64,000 nucleotides of DNA from Caecitellus pseudoparvulus (GCA_965644315.1 CBFFRQ010000032.1:248001-312000), one strand, 5' to 3'. Numbered from the stretch's first letter, positions 23,408-35,603 are shown. The notes: generated from the letters alone by a model not told the origin. A program made the numbers and translations.

Positions 23408-26400
23408 ATGTCCGCTCAGGGTGCTTTTGAACGACTGAAGCCCGTCATGGGGCGGGTAATGGGCGTGTTGGGTGGTGCAATTTCCGCACAGACCAGCAGC
23501 GAGCCCAGCCATGCTGCATTGGAGGAGCTAGCGGAGGCCCTGTGGGGCACCTGTGGGATTGACGGCATTGAGAACTGCATCGAGTATGTCCTGCTTCCTC
23601 TGCTGATGCTGGTGCCCGGCAGCCCAAGCGCGAAGGCTGCCAGTCTCGCTGGCGCTGGTGCCAAGCTGCCACACGCCGAAGATGCGCCTCCACAGCCTTT
23701 GCCGGAGCGAGGCACGGAGGCCGCATTCATGGCCATGTGCAATCTAATGCTGGCGGCAGGCACACAGCGTGCCGGGCAGGAGCCGTGGCGTGTGGGGGAT
23801 GTGCTGGCCAGAGTGTGCACTGCATTGACCCCCTCGCCCCAGCAGGCGGCAGAGCTGTCCGAAGGGGCGTTGACAGCAGCACTGTGCGTGTTGGCTGTCT
23901 TGCTGGCGCACATGACGGGGCGGGACGTGTCTTGGTCCGAGGTGGGAGCAGGCTCCTCGCCTGCACCATGTGCGCCGGTGCTGGCTGGGGCGCTCGTCAA
24001 GGCGCTGGCGAACCGCGCTGGCACGTTCCCAGCCATGCCGCTGCCCATCCTGCCCCCCATCTCAGAGGAACGTGTGGCAGGGCACCTCATTGCGCAGCTC
24101 CTCGCTGTGAGCAACAGCAGAACACACGCGGCGGGGGCCTCCGATGTGCCAGCTGGGTCCGATTCTCCAGCCCCAGCTTTCCTGCCAGCATCTGTGCCGC
24201 CCTCGACGGCAGCCCTGGCGGGGCAGTGCTTGGCTCTGCTCCTGAGCGTGCTGGGTGGGGCTCCTGGTCCTGTGCCGGAGCTGGTGCTGGGGTACCCGCC
24301 CGCGTGCAGGCCTGGCCGAGCTCGAGTTGCCAGCGTGTTTCCTGGCGTGCTGGCGGGGCTCACGGCGTGGCCAGACAGCAAAACGCGACCAGGGAACGCC
24401 CTGCTGTCGGCCAGGATGGATGCCCTTGCCTGCGCCTTGGTGTTCGCATTCGGCGACGCACCGAGCTCAGGTGAGACAGATGCCGCCATGCCAAGTGGAG
24501 CAGCAGGCGAGACGCTCTCCCTCCTTGCCGTTTGGGGCGGGGCAACCTCACCTGGCCGCACACCTAGCACCGCTTTGGTGGCAGGCAAGGCCCCTCAAGA
24601 AGGTCTGGCTCGAGCAGCGCCCATGGTGGTGCGGGTGCTTGGGCACTGCCAGCTGAGCCCGGGGCAAGGCCGGGTCCAGGGCTCCACGCAGCGTGCCTGC
24701 AGCCAGCTGTGTTTGTGGTGCTGGGACACCCTCATGTCCTGCCCCGAAGGCAGGTCCCTCTTACTGGTGTGTCTGGAGGTCGTCGTGGGGGGCTGCATGC
24801 AGAGCGGGACTGTGCTGTCGTGGGGGCGGGGGGGTTGTCCCCCCGGTGTGCCCACCCCACCCCCCCTTGCCCACCATGCAAGCCAAGTCGTGGCAGCCCT
24901 GGCAAAGTCCCCTCAACGCCGTGCTGATGTACGAGAGCTGTGCCGGGCTGGCTTTTGGGAAGCGCTGCAGGCCCTCCCAGGCGCTGCGGGTCGCGGGCCC
25001 AGCCCTGCTGTGTTGCTGTGCAGGCGGCTGGCTGCGCAGCTCCGGCTGTGTGGGTGGCTGGCAGACATGGAGGTGGATGCTGCCACAGGCTCCAGCGCCC
25101 CACCGGGCAGTTTCCCCATTGGCCCGTCTGCAGTGCCACGCCTGGTGACGGCCCTTGTGGCTGTGCTGAGCAGCGAGGATGAGGGTGCTGCGGCGTCTTC
25201 GACAGCTGCCGCCTCAGCACACGTCGCAGACGACGAGGGCGAGGCAGGGGAGCCCCAGGGCCAGCATGGCGTGCCGCTTCCCCCCACTTCGTTCTCTTTC
25301 GGCTTGCTGTCTGACGCGCTGGCGAGTGCCGCGGTGGAGGAGCTGCTGGTGGAGCTGGGCTGGGCTCTGGCCCACCCTGCAGCAGGGGACGTGTGGGTGG
25401 ATTTGCTGGAGGAGTGTGTGGAGGGGGCGCAGCTGGCCCACGCGGCGGTGTTCTGTGGCTGGGTGCGTGGGCAGGTCCGGCAGGCGCTGCGAGACCAAGG
25501 CGCAGAGCGGCAGGCAGAGGCACCCGTCACCGAGGCTGCCGACCAAGTGCCTGGCTGGCCCACCCGGCAGCGGAGCATGTTCTGGCGCAGGGTGCTCTTG
25601 GCCGACGTCCCGCCTGCTGTGGCAGGCCACACCCGCATCCCTGCGCACGTGGCAGCTTACACGCGGGCAGTGCTCCGGGGATCCACCTCCCTGGCGGGAA
25701 CTGGGGATCACGAGCTGGGTGAGGAGGGGGAGAGTGTTGGCAAGGAAACCCAGACTGAGGACGCCGCAGCACCCAGCTTGCCACCAGAGGTCAGCTCAGA
25801 CGGCTATGCCCGAGCGCACCGTGGCGTGCGGCAGCGGCTGCTTCTGGCCCGCCTGGCGCTGCAGGGCATGGGGGGGGTGCAGGTCCCTTGCAGCGCGCTG
25901 GACGTGGTGGAGGCGGGCGCCGCGCCACGCCACGCTGCGCACCGCGCCAGGGTGCTCCAGACGGCAGCTGGGTACCTTGCTGCTGAGCTGCCGTCTGGGC
26001 ACGGACTGGCTGCGGCCGAGCCCCTGCTCCCCACGCGTGCGCTGCTGCCGTTCACTTCTCTGTGGCGAGCTCCGCAGGAGACAGCTCGGGCCGCCTCGGC
26101 AGGGTCTGCCTCACTCAGCACTACGACTGTCACTGACACACTGGTGCAGGAGGTGCTGCAAGGGGGGGTGGCGGCCACTGGGCTGTTCGCGTTCAACCCC
26201 CTCCCGGCAGCAGACGGGCGGCGAGCCGCTGAGTCAGGCACGGCCACAGCAGGAGGCAGTGCGCTGGGACACCTGGTGCTGCCCATGCCCCTCGCAGCTG
26301 CGCGGGTGCACCGTCAGACGCTGGCATTGACAGTGTCACTGCTCACGACGGGGGCTGCCTTGGCAGGGCCGGCTGCGCTGCCACTCCTGCACACCTGCCT

Positions 26401-28645
26401 GTTCCCCCTCACCACCACCCTGGCCTCTCCAGCCTACATCGTCAAGCGGGCGGCAGTGGCTGGCCTGGCGGCCCTGGCAGCTGCAACAAGTGCGGGTATG
26501 CCGGCGACCCCCCCTCTGGGTTCGCTGGCAGCCCCCTTGCCGTTCACGCACTCCTTCCCAGAGCACCAGCTGACACCCGGGCCGCCCACTGCCGGAGCGC
26601 TGTTGGCACACCACGCGGCGTTCCTCGTAGAACACCTCGCCACACACATGCGTGAGCTGAAGAGTAACCCCCAGACGCCTGCCATCCTCCGGGCAGTGGT
26701 GAGCCTGGCCAGCGCCAGCGCCCCCCAAGGCGGAGCAGCCTTCACTGCTCTGCTGTCCACAACATCCCGGGCGATGACGGCGGCACTGGATGCAAGCAAG
26801 GGGGCAGCAAGTGCTCAAGTGTCCACTCTCGCCGGCATGGCTGCGTTGCTCCTGGCCCTGCGAGAAGCGGCGCCCGTCGCGGGGCCCGCCACTGGCTGCT
26901 GTGTCTTCCCTGGCAGCATCACCAGCTCTGTGCTAGCACACCATGGGCCTGCTCCTCCTCGCGTTCCGGGGCCGGAACAATGGCGCCTGCTCCGCACCTC
27001 GCAGTCTGAACAGGCGGCGCTGCATGCGGCCTGTGCCCAGGCTGGCGAGCGCGCGCTGGCACATCTGCCCCTGCACATTGTGGACGCATCCTACATGGCT
27101 GCTCGAGGAGCGCGGCACGTGGGCGGGCCCAGCATCGGGGTTCAATTGCGCCCGCTCCCCCACGAGCACCTCCTGCAGGCTGCCAGCTTGCTTGAGCAGG
27201 CACGGCACCACCTGTCTTCCCCCCACGCCAGTGTTGTCGTGCAGGCATGCGCTGTCATCTCAGCTGCCTGTCGAGCCTCGGCCACTGCACCTGGCCGCCT
27301 CTTCCCAGCCCTGCACCTGGTGTGGCCAGCCTTGCTGCCTCGCCTGGCAGCCGTCGCGTGGTGGAAAGCAGGGGGGGACGCGCCGTCCCTTGCACACACC
27401 TGGGGCTCCGCCGGCGCCCCCGGCCTGTCTGCTCGGCACACCAAGCGCCTGAAGCGCCCAGCTCCGGGCGGCGAGGCGGCGTGGCCCATGCGCGTGGCTG
27501 CCATGAAGTGCTTGCGAGACATGGTGCTGTGTGGCTGGGCTGGTGGGTTTCTGCAAGGGCGGTGGGTGCTGGAGGGCTGGCCCACGGTTCGGAATGCGCT
27601 GCTGGGGGGCCACGCTGTCCGCGAAGGCGGTGCGCTTGGCAGCTCGGCGGGGGACGAGTACTCCTCCACGGTGCTGGGCGGCGGGGCCGTGTCCGGTGGC
27701 CAAGGCACCGTGGCAGCAGCGCTACCATGGCTGTCATCCGCCGCGCGGGCCCCAGTGAGCCTGCGAGTCACCGCCGAATCGCAGGGCGTTGAGCCAGGGC
27801 CAGCGGGCGCCCGAGCGACGGCCCCTTCCAGTACGCGCCTGTCGCCAGGGCAGGCATTCCAAAGCTGTGTATTGGAGTGCCTGGCAGACTTAGCGCTGCC
27901 TATGGCTGTTCCGAGTGACCTCGTGTTCCGAGGAACTGGCCCGTTGAGCTGCAGCGAGGTGGAGGGCGGCACGTGCGACGAGGAGTTCTCGGGGCAGTTC
28001 GACCCAGCCCAAGGTGGCGGCTGGGTGCTGGCCCCCTCCCTGCTGGCGCCTGTCCTGGACGACGCCTTGCTGGCCATGTTGCCCTTCCTGCACCGTGCAG
28101 CGCCGCTGCAGCTCCAGAGCCGAGCGACTGAGGTGCTGCGTCGGCTGAGTCGCTTGCCGGGGTGCCACAGCGCCTGCGCAGCCTTTGCAGGTGCGATTCT
28201 GCAGGCATCTGGCAGCATTGACGCCAAGGCTGCTGGCGCCGCCACGGCTGCCAGCATGCCCCCCTCAGGCAACGCCGTGCCGGCTCACCTTGGCACTGCT
28301 GGCCAGCACCCCAGCAGCGTGCAGCGGGAGGGGCAGGCAGAGTGGGGGTGGGGGTCGCTGGCAGGGGTTCGCACATCTTCCAAGCCCAGCGGCAGTCAGC
28401 AGCCCCTCATGGGCACGAGCGACACCGTGCAGCGCGCGCTGCGAGAGGCAGGTGCCGCAGGGCTGGCGAGCGTCGCTGCAAGTCGCGGGCGCCGGGCCAC
28501 GGACGCGCTGGGCGTGCAGCCATTGGAGGGCGCCGAGGCGCCTGCTAAGCTCGGCTCCTTGGCTGTCTTGGTGGCATCGTCCATGCAAGTGCAGGATGTG
28601 CGGGCAGCCATGCAGGTGCTGGTGGATGCCCGGCAGGAAGACTGA
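23408..28645 (+). CDS. TTI1: TELO2-interacting protein 1 (TTT complex, HEAT-repeat protein)
   Basis: 1745-aa ORF with TTI1-like blocks AFERLKPV, IEYVLLPLL, VASVFPGVLAGL, LHTCLFPL...LASP, HHLSSP, LFPALHLVWPALLPRL and FLQGRW...WP. Confidence 0.8.
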   Translation: MSAQGAFERLKPVMGRVMGVLGGAISAQTSSEPSHAALEELAEALWGTCGIDGIENCIEYVLLPLLMLVPGSPSAKAASLAGAGAKLPHAEDAPPQPLPERGTEAAFMAMCNLMLAAGTQRAGQEPWRVGDVLARVCTALTPSPQQAAELSEGALTAALCVLAVLLAHMTGRDVSWSEVGAGSSPAPCAPVLAGALVKALANRAGTFPAMPLPILPPISEERVAGHLIAQLLAVSNSRTHAAGASDVPAGSDSPAPAFLPASVPPSTAALAGQCLALLLSVLGGAPGPVPELVLGYPPACRPGRARVASVFPGVLAGLTAWPDSKTRPGNALLSARMDALACALVFAFGDAPSSGETDAAMPSGAAGETLSLLAVWGGATSPGRTPSTALVAGKAPQEGLARAAPMVVRVLGHCQLSPGQGRVQGSTQRACSQLCLWCWDTLMSCPEGRSLLLVCLEVVVGGCMQSGTVLSWGRGGCPPGVPTPPPLAHHASQVVAALAKSPQRRADVRELCRAGFWEALQALPGAAGRGPSPAVLLCRRLAAQLRLCGWLADMEVDAATGSSAPPGSFPIGPSAVPRLVTALVAVLSSEDEGAAASSTAAASAHVADDEGEAGEPQGQHGVPLPPTSFSFGLLSDALASAAVEELLVELGWALAHPAAGDVWVDLLEECVEGAQLAHAAVFCGWVRGQVRQALRDQGAERQAEAPVTEAADQVPGWPTRQRSMFWRRVLLADVPPAVAGHTRIPAHVAAYTRAVLRGSTSLAGTGDHELGEEGESVGKETQTEDAAAPSLPPEVSSDGYARAHRGVRQRLLLARLALQGMGGVQVPCSALDVVEAGAAPRHAAHRARVLQTAAGYLAAELPSGHGLAAAEPLLPTRALLPFTSLWRAPQETARAASAGSASLSTTTVTDTLVQEVLQGGVAATGLFAFNPLPAADGRRAAESGTATAGGSALGHLVLPMPLAAARVHRQTLALTVSLLTTGAALAGPAALPLLHTCLFPLTTTLASPAYIVKRAAVAGLAALAAATSAGMPATPPLGSLAAPLPFTHSFPEHQLTPGPPTAGALLAHHAAFLVEHLATHMRELKSNPQTPAILRAVVSLASASAPQGGAAFTALLSTTSRAMTAALDASKGAASAQVSTLAGMAALLLALREAAPVAGPATGCCVFPGSITSSVLAHHGPAPPRVPGPEQWRLLRTSQSEQAALHAACAQAGERALAHLPLHIVDASYMAARGARHVGGPSIGVQLRPLPHEHLLQAASLLEQARHHLSSPHASVVVQACAVISAACRASATAPGRLFPALHLVWPALLPRLAAVAWWKAGGDAPSLAHTWGSAGAPGLSARHTKRLKRPAPGGEAAWPMRVAAMKCLRDMVLCGWAGGFLQGRWVLEGWPTVRNALLGGHAVREGGALGSSAGDEYSSTVLGGGAVSGGQGTVAAALPWLSSAARAPVSLRVTAESQGVEPGPAGARATAPSSTRLSPGQAFQSCVLECLADLALPMAVPSDLVFRGTGPLSCSEVEGGTCDEEFSGQFDPAQGGGWVLAPSLLAPVLDDALLAMLPFLHRAAPLQLQSRATEVLRRLSRLPGCHSACAAFAGAILQASGSIDAKAAGAATAASMPPSGNAVPAHLGTAGQHPSSVQREGQAEWGWGSLAGVRTSSKPSGSQQPLMGTSDTVQRALREAGAAGLASVAASRGRRATDALGVQPLEGAEAPAKLGSLAVLVASSMQVQDVRAAMQVLVDARQED

Positions 28646-28853
28646 GCGTGCAGATTGTGAGAGGAGCTGCCCCGCTTCGGACCGGGAAGGCCCGCACTTT
28701 GTCAAAATGCAAAGCGGAGAATAATTCTCCATCAAGCCGACTTGGGTATTGTACCCCCACGACTCTGTGTTCCATTTCACAGACAGTGTTGGGGAAGGGC
28801 AGCGTGGCGTTTCGCAGGCGCCGTGGCGTTTCACGGACAGGCGATCGGCGGAC

Positions 28854-31800
28854 ATGGCAACCCCTGGCAGCGGAGCAGCGGCCAGTGACGCCGCCGACAG
28901 CCCAGTTAAGGTTTTTGCGAGGTTTCGGCCTTTGAATTCTGCCGAGCGTGAGCGTGGTGACGACCCCTGCGTCACTTACGACGGGAATGGCAAATCTGTG
29001 CGCGTGCGAGCTCGAGGCAAGCCAGGGTGAGTGGCGTTGCTCGCGAATGGCAGTGCGCCGGAGCACAGCGCTGCAAGCCATGCGTGGGATCTGATGGCCA
29101 CACCGCACAGGGCTTCACTGACCATGGCGCAGGAAGGACTTTCACTTTGATAGCGTGTTGCAGCCGGGCAGCAGCCAGGCCGCCACATACAGCGCATGCG
29201 CGGCCTGGTTGGTGTCAGGGCTCTTTGAAGGCTTCAATGCCACATGCCTGGCTTACGGCCAGACGGGCAGCGGGAAGACCTTCACAATGGAGGGGCCTGA
29301 GCGGGAAGTGCTGGCCGCGGACGCCAGCCTTGTGGGCGTCATTCCTCGCATGGTGACGGACCTGTTCGCCAACATCGACGCGGCGCAGGAGGAGGAGGAG
29401 TTCACGGTGAAGGTGTCCTTCGTGGAAATCTACATGGAACGCATCCGGGACCTGCTGTACACAGTGGACACGGAGGCCGTGCTGGCGGGCACGCCACAGC
29501 CTGCCGCGGCGCCCCCTGCCCCCCCCTCCGCCAGCCACCGCCCAGCCACAGAGACGCCACCCCACCCTGGACCAGCCTCCACGCCCAGCGCCGGCAGCGA
29601 CCGCGGGACGCCCGGCCTGCGGGGCACACCTCGCATGGCAGACACACCCAGCTCTGGCCGCAGCTCCCGTAGGCGCCTGTCTCGCTCGCTGTCAACGCCG
29701 GGCGGAACACCGGCGGGGGAAGAAACGCCCGGCGGCTCGGCAGCCCCCAAGGTGACTGTCCGCGAAGGCAAGGACGGCAGCGTCTTCCTGGAAGGCGCCG
29801 TGGAGGTGTTTGTGACCAGCCCCGGCATGGTGCTGGATGTGCTGGAGGCTGGGAATGCCAGTCGTTCCGTGGCCAGCACGGCCATGAACGCCCGCTCATC
29901 CCGCTCGCACAGCGTGTTCCGACTGGTCCTGCAGCGCAAGGACACGAGAGCACAGACGACTACGCAGGCAACACTGTTCCTTGTGGACCTTGCCGGCTCG
30001 GAAAAGACCGGCAAAACGGGCGCCACCGGGCAGACCTTGAAGGAGGCCCAGAAAATCAACGGCAGCTTGACGGCTCTCGGCCTCGTCATCAAGGCGCTCA
30101 CTGACGGCAAGTCCAGCCACGTGCCGTACCGCGACTCCAAGCTGACTCGGCTGCTTCAGGACAGCTTGGGCGGTAATGCTCGCACGGCACTCATCATCAA
30201 CGCATCACCAGCAGCGTACAACGCGGAGGAGACGTTGAGCAGCTTGCGGTTCGGGCAGCGTGCAAAGCAGATGAAGAACAAGCCAAAGCAGAACAAGGAA
30301 CTCTCTGCTGGGGCTTTGAAGCTCATGTTGGCGGCGCGGGATGCAGAAATCGAGGCTTTGAAGGCGCAGTTGTCTGGGGATGTCGCCGCGCCCTCAGCTG
30401 CGTTGGAGGAGCTACAAGCACAGCACGCCGCTGCACTGTCTGCCACCCGCGCAGAAGCAGACGGTAAAGTCGCAGAAATGAAGCTCCTGGTCGCAGCTGC
30501 AGAAGATGCAGCGGCGGCAGCAGCTGCTGAAGCAGAACAAGCCCGTTTAGAGAAAGTGGCTGCGGAAGCTGAAGCCGCCGCTGCGATCAAGGCAGCCGAG
30601 GAAGCGGGTCCACCGACAGCCTGTGCCGGTGAGGAGCAACTTCAAATTGAGGGACAAGTGTCGGAGCTCCGAACGGCGCTGATCACGGCGTGTGCACCAG
30701 TCCTGCGGTGCCGGGGAACCCAAGCTGACGTGGAGGTGCTTGCCGCCGCTGGACTGCCCAGTGACTGCGAGGCTGCCGAAACAGAGCGTGGGGATGACGA
30801 CGCCCGCTCCATCATGTCCCCAGGCCCGGGGGAGGCGATTGAAAGTGCCATGGCACACGCCGTGTCCACTGTGCGGCAGAACCACGCGCTGGCGCTGCAC
30901 GGCGTGAGCACAGCCCGCTGGCCAGCCGAGGGAGACTTCACGCAAGGCCCCTGCCGGGACTTGGTCTCCACTGGCCACATCTGCATGTCTGCTTTGGCCG
31001 CCCACGCCGCCTCTGCCGCAGGAGCGGTGCATGGCCTGTGTGACAGCTCTGCCGAGGTGGTGCGCCTGACTGCCGCGTTGAAGCAGGCGCGCGCTGAAGC
31101 ACAAGCAGTTAGGCAGGAAGTGGCGGCGCTGAGGCAGCAAGTGACAGCTGCCGAGGAATCTAAACATGCTGCGGAGGAGCAAGTGCGCACGATCCTCCGC
31201 GCAACACACGCAGGCTCAGAAGGGGAGGCTGCCGTGGGTGGTGGTGTCGCGGTTGGCGTTGATGTTGCCACCGCACGCGTGCGAGCGCTGAGTGCAGCCG
31301 CTGAGGAAGCACGGGAATCTCAAGTGGTCATGCAGGAAGCAGCCAAGAAACTCATGGCTGCGTTGTCACCGCAGGCGTCGTCCGTTTCCGAGCTTGCATC
31401 GAGCGAGCCTGCCAAGGAAAGAGAGCAGGAGTCGGTGTCGTTGTCGGATGCTGTCACGGCGGTAGTGGCCGCGCTGCGCGCACAACAGGGAATGGTGCCA
31501 GTGGCAGAGCTCACACAAGCGCAGCAAGACAAAGCTAAACTGTTGTCAGCGCTGGAGGACCGCGTGCGGCGTGTCATTGAGCTGGAGATCACGCTGGATG
31601 AGGCTCGGGACGCTGCAGCGCGCTTGGAGCTGCACACGAAGCGCGACAAGCTGGATCTCGCGAGAGAGAACATGGTGCTGCACCGCACCATGGCGCACGC
31701 ATCCGCACGCCTCTCCGCTGAGCAGGCTGCAGTGGAGAAGTTGCAGAGTGCAAATGCCACCCTGAACACGCGCGTCACAGAGCTGGGTCGGCGAGTGGCG

Positions 31801-32046
31801 CAGCTCAGCGCACAAGTCCATGCAGCTGACGTGCGCTCTTCCATTCAAGGCGCCAGCCAGCCGTCATCCCTTCGAACACAGGGCGGCCGCCGCACAGACG
31901 CAAGCACGCTGGTCAAGGCTTGGCAGCGCCCTGCCACTGTTCGCGGTGGAGGCGGTGCGAGTAGGGAGGACCGCAGCAGGTCACTACACGAGTGTGAGCT
32001 GCCGTCATCCCTCGCTCAGTATGAGGCTGTGTCTCCAGCATCATAG
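28854..32046 (+). CDS. Kinesin heavy chain (kinesin-1-like); intron 29027-29132
   Basis: VKVFARFRPLN, GFNATCLAYGQTGSGKTFTM (P-loop), NARSSRSH, LVDLAGSE, HVPYRDSKLTRLLQDSLGGNART, a coiled-coil stalk, and a tail resembling IAK..RGG (LVK...VRGGG). Confidence 0.93.
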
Positions 32047-32555
32047 TTCGGCCTGCATGGTTGGCATGGTGCCAAGTGTGCAGCGTTTGTTTTTCTGCAT
32101 CGCCGCTCGATGCCGGCCAAGAGTTCGGCGCGGTCGGCTCGCAGCCAGCCAAGGTACCATGTGATAGGCGACAGCGACCCTAGTGAATGCAAGGTTGTGC
32201 ATGGCTGCCTGGGTGGTGTGTAGTAGAGTGGGCAGTGTGCTTTCTTTGCCGTGCAGACGAGCACGGCGGTCGCAAGGCTGGTCGGCTTGGCTGCTCTGCA
32301 CTGAGTCAAGGCACTCTGTCAAACGACGCGAGCGGGAGGGAAGCAGGATTCCCTCGGCAGGCGAGCACAACCACAGCTTGCGTGACCCCCCCTTTGTGTC
32401 CATGCGAGCCCCCCCCCCCTGCGAGTCGAGCCAAATGGCTGGGTGTGGCAAACTCAACATCGCTCATGTCTACCACTCCAGCCCTCAGCACAGCTCCGAA
32501 ACCACACGCCTCCAACCCCAACATCAAATCCATACAGCCTTGACCTGTATCAACC

Positions 32556-33914
32556 ATGCGCACCTTCGCCGCCATCATCGCTGCCCTGGCAGTGGCGGCG
32601 GCCACTGCCAGCCCTTGGGAGGACTACAAGGCCCGCTTCGGCCTGAAGTTCTCTTCCGTCGAGGAGGAGTCCATGCGGTGAGTACAGACAGCGAGAAATT
32701 TTTTAGTTTTGTCCCACCATGATCATGCCGCAGCGTCTACTCTGGCGCCCTTGCCGCGCGCTGGCAGCTGCACACGTCAGCGTTGACCCCAGCGCGGCGT
32801 CGCCCCTGGTGCGCATTGCACTTTGCCTTGCACACACCCTCTACTGCACAGCCGTGACATCTTCGAGACCAACGTGCGAGAGATTGATGCTCACAACAAG
32901 GCTGGCAAGTCCTGGACCATGGCTGTGAACTCCTTCACTCATCTGCACGGCCCGGAGTTTGCCTCCACCTACATCGGCGGTGCGTGCAGCGCTGCGCTAG
33001 CGCACAGCCCTGCAACTCCCCACAGTATCAAGAGCACACAGCGCGAAAACCCTTAATTGGCGCTTTTCTCATTCAAGCAATGGATTCATGTTCCTTTTCT
33101 GTATTTGCACAGGATGGCGCGGCCCCTCCAAGCGCGTGAACCCCATGGCCACAGAGCTGCTGCGCGTCAAGTCGTAAGTGCTCGCTAGGGCCGATGGACA
33201 TGAGCACTGACAACTTGCACACCATTGCTTGCACCAATGCTCACCCACAGCGCTGACCTGCCCGCCTCCGTCAACTGGGTGACCAAGGGCGCCGTGACCC
33301 CCGTCAAGAACCAGGGCCAGTGCGGCTCCTGCTGGGCCTTCTCCACCACCGGCTCCGTGGAGGGTGCTCACTACCTGGCCACTGGCAAGCTGGTGTCTCT
33401 GTCCGAGCAGCAGCTGGTGGACTGCTCCGGCTCTTACGGCAACATGGGCTGCAACGGTGGCCTGATGGACAACGCCTTCAAGTACATCATCGCCAACGGC
33501 GGCCTGTGCTCTGAGGCTGACTACCCTTACACCGCTTCCGACGGCACCTGCAAGTCTTCCAGCTGCAAGCCTGCTGCTACCATTTCTGGCTACTATGACA
33601 TTCCTTCAAACAACGCTGATGCCATGATGGCCGCCATCGCCCAGCAGCCAGTGTCCATTGCCATTCAGGCCGACCAGATGTGCTTCCAGTTCTACTCTTC
33701 CGGTGTCCTCACCTGCTCTTGCGGGTCTCGCCTGGACCACGGTGTGCTCGCTGTCGGGTACGGCTCTGACAACGGCCAGGACTACTGGCGCGTCAAGAAC
33801 TCCTGGGGCACCAGCTGGGGCATGTCCGGGTACATCCTGCTGGGCCGCGGCTCCAGCTTCGGCCCCGCTGGCCAGTGCGGCCTGCTGTCCGTTGCCTCTT
33901 ACCCTACGGTGTAA
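32556..33914 (+). CDS. Cathepsin L-like papain-family (C1A) cysteine protease, copy 1 (exons 32556-32677, 32852-32979, 33113-33173, 33251-33914)
   Basis: Signal peptide [24 protein letters not shown]-type propeptide, [22 protein letters not shown] and YWRVKNSWG. Confidence 0.97.
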
Positions 33915-35256
33915 AGGCACCTGCCTGTAGCCTCGTGAACACCTAGCTCTCTGCCATGCTTCGCACCTGGCCATGGGCCGCCTGTGTCTGTGGCGCGAGT
34001 GTCAAGCCTGGCTGCGTAGGGGTGTCAAGGGGGGGGTCAATGCACGTTGGATCCGTGCGGCAGTCAGCTGCTCGAATCAAAACACTCTCCAACTGCATTT
34101 CTTGTTGTACCTGAGCGTCCCGTGCTACAGTATCAACCATGCGCACCTTCGCCGCCATCATCGCTGCCCTGGCAGTGGCCGCCGCCACTGCCAGCCCTTG
34201 GGAGGACTACAAGGCCCGCTTCGGCCTGAAGTTCTCTTCCGTCGAGGAGGAGTCCATGCGGTGAGTCTTGACCAGATTTTGGATGAGTCTTTGGTGTCCT
34301 GTGTGCTTTGTGTGCCATGGCATCATGCACTGCTCTCGTTTCACCGTGTTTACGCTTGCGCCGGCACCCTAGCGCGCGCCCTGGTGAAGTGCACTTGCAC
34401 TGAGTCTGCGTGTGGCGAGGTGTGCCGCGGAACCTTTAGCCTCACACCCCAAAGAACAACATAGTTGTTAAACACTTAGTAGTCCTCTGTCCTCCATGGC
34501 CTCCCACGTGTACGAGCGCCGACTGACACTCGCAACTTCATCTCACTTCCTTTCACAGCCGCGACATCTTCGAGACCAACGTGCGCACCATCGACAGCCA
34601 CAACAACGCTGGCAAGTCCTGGACCATGGCTGTGAACTCTTTCACCCACCTGAACGGCCACGAGTTCGCCTCCACCTACATCGGCGGTACGTACTGACGC
34701 ATTTGCACAAGTGCACTGCACTTTGTGTCCACCACGCCAAGCTGCACTGGGGCTAGTTGAAGTAGCTGCTCACACACGCCTCCCCTCTGCACCCTTCGCA
34801 GGATGGCGCGGCCCTTCCAAGCGCGTGAACCCTGTGGCCACCGAGCTGCTGCGCGTCAACGCGTGAGTTTATTCCTACGCACTCCGCCTGCCTCGTTATC
34901 AGTTGCGCTTTCATCGACGTTGCACACCTCTCCCCACAGCGCTGACCTGCCCGCCTCCGTCAACTGGGTGACCAAGGGCGCCGTGACCCCCGTCAAGAAC
35001 CAGGGCCAGTGCGGCTCCTGCTGGGCCTTCTCCACCACCGGCTCCGTGGAGGGTGCTCACTACCTGGCCACTGGCAAGCTGGTGTCTCTGTCCGAGCAGC
35101 AGCTGGTGGACTGCTCCGGCTCTTACGGCAACATGGGCTGCAACGGTGGCCTGATGGACAACGCCTTCAAGTACATCATCGCCAACGGCGGCCTGTGCTC
35201 TGAGGCTGACTACCCTTACACCGCTTCCGACGGCACCTGCAAGTCTTCCAGCTGCA
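33251..35256 (+). repeat. Direct repeat: 33251-33567 identical to 34940-35256 (317 nt, inside exon 4 of the two proteases)
   Basis: By-eye comparison shows no mismatch from cgctgacctgcccgcc to aagtcttccagctgca; offset 1689 nt. Confidence 0.85.
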
Positions 35257-35603
35257 CTCCCGTCGCCACCATCTCCTCTTACCACGATGTCCCCGCTGAC
35301 AACGCCAACGCCATGATGGCCGCCATCGCCCAGCAGCCCGTCTCTATCGCCATCGAGGCCGACCAGATGTGCTTCCAGTTCTACTCTTCCGGTGTCCTCA
35401 CCTGCTCTTGCGGCACCTCTCTGGACCACGGTGTGCTCGCTGTCGGGTACGGCTCTGACAACGGCCAGGACTACTGGCGCGTCAAGAACTCCTGGGGTGC
35501 ATCTTGGGGCATGTCCGGGTACATCCTGCTGGGCCGCGGCTCCAACTTCGGCGCTGCCGGCCAGTGCGGCCTGCTGTCCGTCCCCTCTTACCCCATCGCA
35601 TAA
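34139..35603 (+). CDS. Cathepsin L-like papain-family (C1A) cysteine protease, copy 2 (exons 34139-34260, 34559-34686, 34802-34862, 34940-35603)
   Basis: Same motifs and the same intron positions as copy 1; tandem paralogue. Confidence 0.97.
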
